A stretch of DNA of 64,000 nucleotides, taken from an uncultured Candidatus Saccharibacteria bacterium. Lineage in GTDB: Bacteria; Patescibacteriota; Minisyncoccia; SW-4-49-11. Shown here one piece after another: positions 56,966 through 64,000 of this stretch. The position numbers and the translations under genes are program-made. Below the pieces are notes generated by a model. It saw only the letters and a list, made by a program, of their open reading frames with translations, was not told the DNA's origin and ran no database searches. How positions within the stretch are numbered: position 1 is the stretch's first letter; each line of letters starts with the position of its first letter. The stretch covers positions 14,037 through 78,036 of the forward strand of contig CAZPCB010000001.1 in the NCBI GenBank assembly GCA_964585065.1, in the 5' to 3' direction.

Positions 56966-57850
56966 ATGAGATATAAATATATACCATTATCTATAACTTT
57001 ACTTATAGTATCTTATTTTATATTTGCTACAAATACTTTTGCTCAAGTGACTTATCAGTCCTATACTAATTTTCCGGGAGTGGGTAGAATAGGTGATTTG
57101 TGTCAACTGATTACTGCTCTTTGGTATCTTGGATTTGCAACTCTCTTTACTGCGGTACTCGGTATGTTTATATATGGGGGGTATATGTATGTGACAGCTG
57201 GAGTGAATGCTGGGAAAGTTAATCAAGCTAAGGAAATATTTACTAATACCATTACTGGACTCATTATAGGACTTTCTATATTTATTATTATTAATGTTAT
57301 TAACCCAGGATTATTGCAAGGGAATTGTAGTATTTCTTCTCCAGGATCGGCTGGGAGTAATTCTACTTTAGGAGCAGATAGTGGGGCACCTGTTGCGGGG
57401 AATGGTTCAGCTTCATTATTAGAAGTTGCTCGCAGAGATAGTGGTGGTAAAAAGCCTGATGGACGTTGTTATACACATGTAGCAAAATATATTAATCAAG
57501 CTGGATTTTGTGGTATTCCTAAAAATGGATTTGATAGTAAAATACCCTCTGCATATTGGCCAGAGGCAAGACAATTTGGAGAATATTTAAATCAAGGGAA
57601 TAATGCATCAAATCTTGGTATTGTGAAATTACCAACGGATAATCCATATAGAGCACCTGCTGGGTCAATTGTAGTTGTAAGAGCAGATAGACCCGGCTGT
57701 GAGGGTAGTCTCTGTCACCCTACTGCTGGTGATATAGCCGTTGCTGATGGACAGGGTTCATTTTATAATGGAGGAGAAATGGGCTATGGAGGGTCACAAA
57801 ATTATCCACCAGGGAATAATTATGTTATAGGAATATATGCTTGTAAATAA
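56966..57850 (+). CDS. TrbC/VirB2-like pilin-family N-domain fused to a C-terminal Cys/His peptidase-like (CHAP- or NlpC/P60-like) cell-wall hydrolase domain
   Basis: Signal peptide, then 'LITALWYLGFATLFTAVLGMFIYGGYMYVTAGVNAGKVNQAKEIFTNTITGLIIGLSIFIIINVI' (two-helix pilin hairpin). C-terminal about 170 aa with 'DGRCYTHVAKYINQAG' (candidate nucleophile Cys) and 'GSLCHPTAGDIAVADG' (candidate His). Confidence 0.5.
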   Translation: MRYKYIPLSITLLIVSYFIFATNTFAQVTYQSYTNFPGVGRIGDLCQLITALWYLGFATLFTAVLGMFIYGGYMYVTAGVNAGKVNQAKEIFTNTITGLIIGLSIFIIINVINPGLLQGNCSISSPGSAGSNSTLGADSGAPVAGNGSASLLEVARRDSGGKKPDGRCYTHVAKYINQAGFCGIPKNGFDSKIPSAYWPEARQFGEYLNQGNNASNLGIVKLPTDNPYRAPAGSIVVVRADRPGCEGSLCHPTAGDIAVADGQGSFYNGGEMGYGGSQNYPPGNNYVIGIYACK

Positions 57851-57916
57851 TATTTGAAATTTCGCTAAAATCAGCGTATACTATATAAACAGATTAAATG
57901 ATAGAAAATAGTATAT

Positions 57917-60517
57917 ATGACTTTTTTACAAAAAATATTCGGAGACCCAAATGCAAAAACATTATCTAAAATTCAACCAATTGTAGAGCAAATTAACTCT
58001 CTAGAAAATACCTATAAAGATAAATCTGATGAGGAGATTAGAGTAGAAATAACAAGACTTAAATCAGAAGTACAGGATAAAGGTGTTGGTCTTGACGAAG
58101 TTATTGCTCCTACTTTTGCTCTTGTAAGAGAAGCCTCTCGCCGTACTCTTGGACAGAGACATTTTGATGTACAGTTAATTGGAGGTATTGTATTGCATCA
58201 AGGTAAAATTGCCGAGATGAGAACTGGAGAGGGTAAAACTTTAGTAGCAACTTTGCCAACGGTACTCAATGCTCTCACAGGGCGAGGAGTTCATGTGGTA
58301 ACAGTCAATGATTATCTTGCAAAGCGAGATGCAGTTTGGATGGGACAAATTTATAACTTTTTAGGTTTATCTCTTGGTATTGTTACAGGAGAGGGAGCCT
58401 ATCTCTATACTGAAGTCCCTGCAGAGGATAAGGAGAGAGATGAAAAAGGTTCTTATGAAGTTGAACAAGAATTTTTGATAGAAGTAAGTCGAAAAGAGGC
58501 TTATGCTGCTGATATTACCTATGGGACTAATAATGAATTTGGTTTTGATTATTTGCGCGATAATATGGCGACTTCCAAGGAGTCTATGGTACAGCGAGAA
58601 TATTATTTTGCAATAGTTGATGAGGTAGATAGTGTTTTGATTGATGAGGCCCGAACTCCTCTTATTATTTCAGCGCCTGATGTGGAGTCTCCAGCTTTAT
58701 ATAAAACATTTGCGAGCCTTGTCCCTACTCTCAAGCCAGAAAAAGACTATACGGTAGATGAGAAAATGCGTACCGTAAATATTACAGAATCAGGTATAGA
58801 TAAAGTTGAGAAATCTCTTAATATTACTAATATTTATGAGGAAAAAGGTTTAGCCTTTGTACATCATTTAGAGCAAGCTCTCAAAGCTCAGGCTTTATTT
58901 CATCTCGATAAGGAGTATGTAGTTAAAGATGGAGAAATTATCATTGTGGATCAATTTACTGGTCGTATGACTCCAGGTAGACGCTATTCTGAAGGATTAC
59001 ATCAAGCTCTCGAGGCAAAGGAAGGAGTAGCTATACAACAGGAGTCTAAGACATTAGCAACTATTACCTTACAGAATTATTTCCGTATGTATGATAAGCT
59101 TGCTGGTATGACAGGGACGGCTGTTACCAGTGCTGAGGAATTACATAAAGTATATAAATTAGATGTGGTGATAATGCCTACTAATAAGGAAATCAAAAGG
59201 CAGGATTTAGCCGATGTAGTCTATAAAAATGAAAAGGCTAAATTTACTGCAATTGCAAAAAAAGTAAAAGAGGTGTCTGAGTTAGGACAACCAGTATTGC
59301 TTGGTACAGCCTCTATTGAAAAAAGCGAAGAGCTTGGTAAAGTCTTTGATAAATTCAAGCTCAAATATACTATTTTAAATGCAAAACAGCATGAGGCAGA
59401 AGGTCTTATTATTGCAGATGCGGGGAAAAAGGGAGCTATTACCATTGCAACAAATATGGCAGGAAGAGGTGTAGATATTAAGCTCGGAGGGGCTAATGCC
59501 ACAGAAGAGCAAAAACAAGAAATACTAGAACTTGGCGGATTATATGTGATAGGAAGTGAGAGACATGAAGCTCGCCGTATTGATAATCAGCTAAGAGGGC
59601 GCTCTGGTCGTCAGGGGGAGGCTGGAATTACTCAATTTTATCTTTCTCTAGATGATGAGATTATGCGGATTTTTGGAGGAGATAGAATTAAGTCTCTGAT
59701 GGAGAGATTTAATTTCCCTGAAGATGAGCCTATTGAAAATGTTCTTATTGCAAAATCTATAGAGGGAGCTCAGACTAAAATTGAAGGGTTTCACTTTGAT
59801 TCTCGCAAACATTTACTCGAATACGATGATGTTATTAATAAACAGCGAGAAATTATTTATAAGAAGAGGCGAGATATTCTCTTAAATAAAATTGACATTA
59901 AATCTCAAACTTCTGAACTTATTCAAGAGAATATTTATAAAATTGTATCATTCTATACTACTATTGAAAGTACAAGAGAATGGGATTTGAAGTCAATCGT
60001 AGAGGATATTCAAGGGCTTATTGGTAATACTATTGACTTTAATTCTACTTTAGAGAATATTCGAGATCAAGAAGGTACTATAGAGACCAAAAAACAATCT
60101 ATGATTGAAACTTTAGTGGAAATTATTGAAGGTATTCTTGCTAAACGATTTGAATCGGTAACTGATGAGCAGTATCAGGGAGTATTGAACTCAGTATACA
60201 TTCAAACAATAGATAATCTTTGGATGGAACATCTGGAGGTAATTGATTATTTAAAAACGGGAATTCGGCTTCGTGGTTATGCTCAGCGAGACCCTCTTAT
60301 TGAGTATAAAAATGAGGCCTTTATGTTATTTGAAAAATTATTAACCTCAATTCGAGACAATTATATTAATACCATTTTAAGAATTGAGCCAACTCCTCAA
60401 ATAGCTCAAAATATTATTGCCCCAAATCCTATGGGAGAATCTTTACCCCGAGTAGGTCGCAATGACCTTTGCCCTTGTGGAAGTGGGAAAAAGTATAAAA
60501 AATGTCACGGTAAATAA
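57917..60517 (+). CDS. secA: preprotein translocase ATPase SecA
   Basis: '[19 protein letters not shown]', '[18 protein letters not shown]' and the C-terminal zinc-binding '[14 protein letters not shown]'. Confidence 0.95.
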   Translation: MTFLQKIFGDPNAKTLSKIQPIVEQINSLENTYKDKSDEEIRVEITRLKSEVQDKGVGLDEVIAPTFALVREASRRTLGQRHFDVQLIGGIVLHQGKIAEMRTGEGKTLVATLPTVLNALTGRGVHVVTVNDYLAKRDAVWMGQIYNFLGLSLGIVTGEGAYLYTEVPAEDKERDEKGSYEVEQEFLIEVSRKEAYAADITYGTNNEFGFDYLRDNMATSKESMVQREYYFAIVDEVDSVLIDEARTPLIISAPDVESPALYKTFASLVPTLKPEKDYTVDEKMRTVNITESGIDKVEKSLNITNIYEEKGLAFVHHLEQALKAQALFHLDKEYVVKDGEIIIVDQFTGRMTPGRRYSEGLHQALEAKEGVAIQQESKTLATITLQNYFRMYDKLAGMTGTAVTSAEELHKVYKLDVVIMPTNKEIKRQDLADVVYKNEKAKFTAIAKKVKEVSELGQPVLLGTASIEKSEELGKVFDKFKLKYTILNAKQHEAEGLIIADAGKKGAITIATNMAGRGVDIKLGGANATEEQKQEILELGGLYVIGSERHEARRIDNQLRGRSGRQGEAGITQFYLSLDDEIMRIFGGDRIKSLMERFNFPEDEPIENVLIAKSIEGAQTKIEGFHFDSRKHLLEYDDVINKQREIIYKKRRDILLNKIDIKSQTSELIQENIYKIVSFYTTIESTREWDLKSIVEDIQGLIGNTIDFNSTLENIRDQEGTIETKKQSMIETLVEIIEGILAKRFESVTDEQYQGVLNSVYIQTIDNLWMEHLEVIDYLKTGIRLRGYAQRDPLIEYKNEAFMLFEKLLTSIRDNYINTILRIEPTPQIAQNIIAPNPMGESLPRVGRNDLCPCGSGKKYKKCHGK

Positions 60518-60532
60518 TATAAAATCAAATAT

Positions 60533-61321
60533 ATGAAAAACTGGATAAATAAAAACCCAAAGCTCATATTCCCAATAGGATTAATCCTATTCCTTGCAAT
60601 AGGAGGATCATATATATATTTTATTCTCCTTGAGAAGCCAGATAGTAAAGTTACTGATTTCAAATCCTGTGTCGAGTCAAAGAAAGGTAAAATCTTAGAA
60701 ATATACCCATCTCAATGTGTCTATAATGGGGTGACATATACCGAAGAAATTACGACAAAACCCGAAGATACTAATTCTAATAGAGAGGGCATAAATCTAG
60801 ACTTACCAGAAAATGAAAAAGCTCAAATTGAAGCTTGGCTTGAGAAAAATGATTATAATCAATATGGGGATAAAACAGATACGGTATATACAGGAGGAAC
60901 TCCATTATTTGATGAGTCCAAGGGAACATATATTAAGTTATATGATTATTTACTCCAGAAATATCCTGAAAAACCTTGGTTGACGGATACTAAACCTATT
61001 ACTGATAATTCTAATACAAATCCAGAAGTCAAATCATTTACCACAGTAAAAACTTGGCTCAATTTTACTGACCCTAATTTTGAATTACAATATCCTGATT
61101 TTGTACAAGTAGCTAATCAAAATGGATATCCTGTAAAATTTAGCAGTGAAGATGGATTTGAATTTGTGATTTATGTAGATAGTAAAGTTCCACAATATGA
61201 TTCTGGTACTTGTGATAAAAAAGAAGATGTAGATGCATTAGGAGTATATTTATGCTATAATAAAACTAAAGTATATCAAGAATTATATCAAAGAATATTG
61301 GATTCATTTGTAGCAAGATAG
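60533..61321 (+). CDS. membrane-anchored hypothetical protein
   Basis: N-terminal TM, then a soluble about 230-aa domain. No family recognised. Confidence 0.4.
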   Translation: MKNWINKNPKLIFPIGLILFLAIGGSYIYFILLEKPDSKVTDFKSCVESKKGKILEIYPSQCVYNGVTYTEEITTKPEDTNSNREGINLDLPENEKAQIEAWLEKNDYNQYGDKTDTVYTGGTPLFDESKGTYIKLYDYLLQKYPEKPWLTDTKPITDNSNTNPEVKSFTTVKTWLNFTDPNFELQYPDFVQVANQNGYPVKFSSEDGFEFVIYVDSKVPQYDSGTCDKKEDVDALGVYLCYNKTKVYQELYQRILDSFVAR

Positions 61322-61333
61322 AGGATATAGTAT

Positions 61334-62608
61334 ATGTATAAAACTCGTAAATTAGATAATGGGCTCACTATAATTGGTATTCCACTCAAAGATTCCAAAA
61401 CTACTACTGTTTTAACCTTGGTAGGTGTTGGGTCTCGATATGAATCGGATACAGAAAAGGGATTATCACATTTCCTGGAACATATGATGTTCAAAGGAAC
61501 TCAAAAAAGACCCAATGCTAAAATTATCGCACAAGAATTAGATGGACTTGGAGCCTCTTATAATGCTTTTACGAGCTATGAATATACGGGATATTGGGTA
61601 AAAGTAAGAAATCAAAAAAAATATATAGCCCTTGATATTATCGCTGATATTTTCCAAAATTCTCTTCTTCAGGAAAGCGATATCAAAGTGGAGCGAGGAG
61701 CTATTACTGAAGAGCTTAATATGTATCTAGATATGCCAACAAGGCAAATACATAGTGATTTTCAGTCTCTCTTGTATGGAGATACCCCTCTTGGGAGATC
61801 AATTATTGGGACTCGAGAATCTATACATTCATTTACAAGACCAGATTTTATTGAATATGTTGCTCAAAAATATGTAACAGGGAATACCTATATTATTATT
61901 GCTGGGGAAGTAGATACTGCTATTATTGATAGGGTAGAGGAGTCCTTTCGGCATGCGCGCAATCAAAAAGATATACCGAAAAGAGAAAGTGTTACTATTC
62001 AGCAAACTAAACCACAAGTTGCAATTAGAAGTAAGAAAACAGATCAAACGCATTTAATGCTCGGATTTCATATTCCATCTATTCATAATGAGGAGAGATA
62101 TATTGCTACAATAGCAAGTACTATATTAGGAGGATATATGAGCTCTCGCTTATTTACTGAAATTCGAGAAAAAAGAGGATTGTCCTATTATATTCGAGCC
62201 GATAGCCATCATTTTGATGATACCGGAGTATTTAGTATTAATACTGGTGTTCAAAATACCAAAGTTATTGAGACGGTAAAGCGAATAGTACAAGAATTGC
62301 AAAATATAAAAAATTTACCAGTATCAGATAAAGAATTATTAATAGCAAAAGAACATATAAAGGGTCAAACTGTTATGGAATTTGAATCCAGTGACGAGAT
62401 AGCCGCTATTATTGGTATGAATGAATTATTATTGAAGCAACCATTTGATTTAGACAAAGAAATGGAATTATATGGCTCAGTTACAAAACAGCAAATTCTT
62501 GATTTTCTGCAACAATATGCACAATCAGAACATGTTAACTTAGCCTTAATTGGAGATATTTCAGCTTCAGAGAATACTAAATTAGAGAATATACTTGCAA
62601 GCTTATGA
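61334..62608 (+). CDS. M16-family zinc peptidase (insulinase/pitrilysin-like)
   Basis: Inverted zinc motif 'HFLEHMMFKGT' (HxxEH) and the downstream 'E...E' region. 424 aa. Confidence 0.8.
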   Translation: MYKTRKLDNGLTIIGIPLKDSKTTTVLTLVGVGSRYESDTEKGLSHFLEHMMFKGTQKRPNAKIIAQELDGLGASYNAFTSYEYTGYWVKVRNQKKYIALDIIADIFQNSLLQESDIKVERGAITEELNMYLDMPTRQIHSDFQSLLYGDTPLGRSIIGTRESIHSFTRPDFIEYVAQKYVTGNTYIIIAGEVDTAIIDRVEESFRHARNQKDIPKRESVTIQQTKPQVAIRSKKTDQTHLMLGFHIPSIHNEERYIATIASTILGGYMSSRLFTEIREKRGLSYYIRADSHHFDDTGVFSINTGVQNTKVIETVKRIVQELQNIKNLPVSDKELLIAKEHIKGQTVMEFESSDEIAAIIGMNELLLKQPFDLDKEMELYGSVTKQQILDFLQQYAQSEHVNLALIGDISASENTKLENILASL

Positions 62609-63753
62609 TATATCTTGATAATCAATCGAGTACCCCAATTCATCCTGAAGTATTGAAAGTTATTACTCAAGCTATGCACAATAATTTTGCAAATCCCCAT
62701 AGTCAACATTCAGGGGGGCAACAAGCAATGCATAGTATAGATACAGCCCGTCGCATTATTACTGATTATTTAGGGATACAATTCTCAGAACTTATTTTTA
62801 CTAGTGGAGCTACCGAAAGTAATAATATTGCAATACAGGGAGTTATTTTCAAAGCTTTACAAACACAAGAGCAAATTGAAATTATTACAACTCCAATAGA
62901 GCATAGTTCCGTGATAGAGACAATAAAAGCTTTACAAATATCATATCCAGAAAGAATATATATCAAAATAATTCCTATTGATGAGCGTGGTATTGTAAAA
63001 GTAGAAGATATACAATCATTATTAACTGATAAAACCGTATTAGTGAGTATTATTCATGCTAATAATGAAATCGGAACTATACAGCCAATTCGGGATATTG
63101 GAAGAATGCTCAAAAAATATCATCCAGAATCAGTATATCCACTTTTTCATTCTGATGGGGCTCAAGCCATATGGTCAGAAGAAATCAATTTACATTATGC
63201 CAATTTAGATCTATATAGTATATCCGGGCATAAAATGTATGCGCCCAAGGGTATTGGAGCTCTATTTATCAAAAAAGATACCCCTATACAGTCTATTACC
63301 TATGGTGGAGGACAAGAATATAGTCTGCGCCCAGGTACATTGAATACACCCCTTATTGTAGGACTTGGAGAATCTTTTCGGTTACTCACTATTCCAGAGC
63401 ATAAAGCATTATTAGATAAAGTGAGGCTTTTGAGAGATACTCTCTTAGATAAATTATTAGCTCTTGAAGATATACAATTAAATGGAGATAGAGAAAATCG
63501 ATTACCTCAAAATATTAATATAGTAACCACAAAAGCATCAGATAGTCTTGTGATTGCAGCTGATTTAGAAGGGCTTGCTATCTCAGCAGGATCAGCTTGT
63601 CATAGTGGAGCATTGCAAGCATCTTATGTTATTCAGGCAATTAGTCCACCTGACTCTCATGCCTCTACCCAAAGTATACGTATTTCCTTATCTCAATATA
63701 CGAGTAAGGAGGAAATAGAAGAGGCTTATACTATTATCAAATCATTAATCTAA
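62605..63753 (+). CDS. cysteine desulfurase (class V aminotransferase, IscS/NifS-like)
   Basis: PLP-Lys motif 'SISGHKMYAPKGIGALFIKK', 'HANNEIGTIQPI', C-terminal active-site 'SAGSACHSG'. Start overlaps the upstream stop (ATGA). Confidence 0.85.
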   Translation: MIYLDNQSSTPIHPEVLKVITQAMHNNFANPHSQHSGGQQAMHSIDTARRIITDYLGIQFSELIFTSGATESNNIAIQGVIFKALQTQEQIEIITTPIEHSSVIETIKALQISYPERIYIKIIPIDERGIVKVEDIQSLLTDKTVLVSIIHANNEIGTIQPIRDIGRMLKKYHPESVYPLFHSDGAQAIWSEEINLHYANLDLYSISGHKMYAPKGIGALFIKKDTPIQSITYGGGQEYSLRPGTLNTPLIVGLGESFRLLTIPEHKALLDKVRLLRDTLLDKLLALEDIQLNGDRENRLPQNINIVTTKASDSLVIAADLEGLAISAGSACHSGALQASYVIQAISPPDSHASTQSIRISLSQYTSKEEIEEAYTIIKSLI

Positions 63754-63757
63754 ATAT

Positions 63758-64000
63758 ATGCTCCATATACTCATATCACTACTTATATTTACTCTTCCCT
63801 TTGAAATAGTAAAAATATCATTTGGGACTCTTGATATTAGAATACATCAAATTCTTCTTGCGCTTATTGTAATTACACTTATACCTCGTTTATTCAACAA
63901 AGAACCAATTTCTACACTTTGGAATAATATAACTTCACTTGATTGGTATTATGATAATATCCACTTAGTTTTATTATCAGGAATGTGGCTTATGATTGCC
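63758..64000 (+). CDS. polytopic membrane protein, 3' partial (runs off the window)
   Basis: ATG at 63758, then hydrophobic 'MLHILISLLLIFTLPFEIVK...'. No stop before the window end. Confidence 0.35.
   Translation, partial: MLHILISLLIFTLPFEIVKISFGTLDIRIHQILLALIVITLIPRLFNKEPISTLWNNITSLDWYYDNIHLVLLSGMWLMIA

Noticed and set aside
1-64000. CRISPR arrays, IS elements or transposases, integrase genes, and rRNA genes
   Set aside because: No regularly spaced direct repeats with unique spacers were found. No DDE transposase, IS200/RAYT, or tyrosine or serine recombinase motifs were seen in any frame. No rRNA-like conserved stretches were seen.

Overview
This window is a low-GC (about 30-35% by eye) bacterial chromosome segment that uses the standard genetic code. 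TGA is used as a stop, including ATGA stop/start overlaps at 15483 and at the 17517 gene end. Gene content and style (many small secreted or membrane proteins, reduced aaRS architecture, orphan gatB) suggest a Candidate Phyla Radiation / Patescibacteria-like genome; this is inference only.

The core content is housekeeping genes: def-fmt-priA, greA, metG, gatB, gyrA, the rpsL-rpsG-fusA operon, rarA, rpoB-rpoC, rpmG, a Fur-family regulator, secA, an M16 peptidase, a cysteine desulfurase, dut, cmk, msrB, gpx, a TspO-family membrane protein, a pirin, a photolyase and a short-form alaS. Six tRNA genes are present (Ser-GGA, Glu-TTC, Arg-TCG, Thr-GGT, Trp-CCA, Gly-TCC).

Four things stand out:
1. 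A tandem array of six paralogous genes at 15483-20487 encodes TrbC/VirB2-type pilin-like proteins (signal peptide, Cys-rich module, Gly-rich linker, two-helix hydrophobic hairpin). A seventh copy lies at 56966.
2. Two of these carry C-terminal cell-wall hydrolase domains: one is lytic-transglycosylase-like (15483-16820), the other CHAP/NlpC-like (56966-57850).
3. A family of short GC-rich palindromic repeat modules recurs in both orientations at five intergenic loci (about 2949-3210, 7287-7326, 30522-30595, 47700-47785, 56677-56786).
4. tRNA-Ser and tRNA-Arg are each followed 140-270 bp downstream by a partial direct copy of their own 3' end, which looks like an att-site or integration scar.

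Other observations include a roughly 50% GC two-gene island (a membrane protein plus an SPFH/band-7 protein) at 20562-22449, a homopolymer frameshift in a TraB/GumN-like gene, a PilM/FtsA-like ATPase followed by membrane proteins, and recent in-gene tandem duplications.
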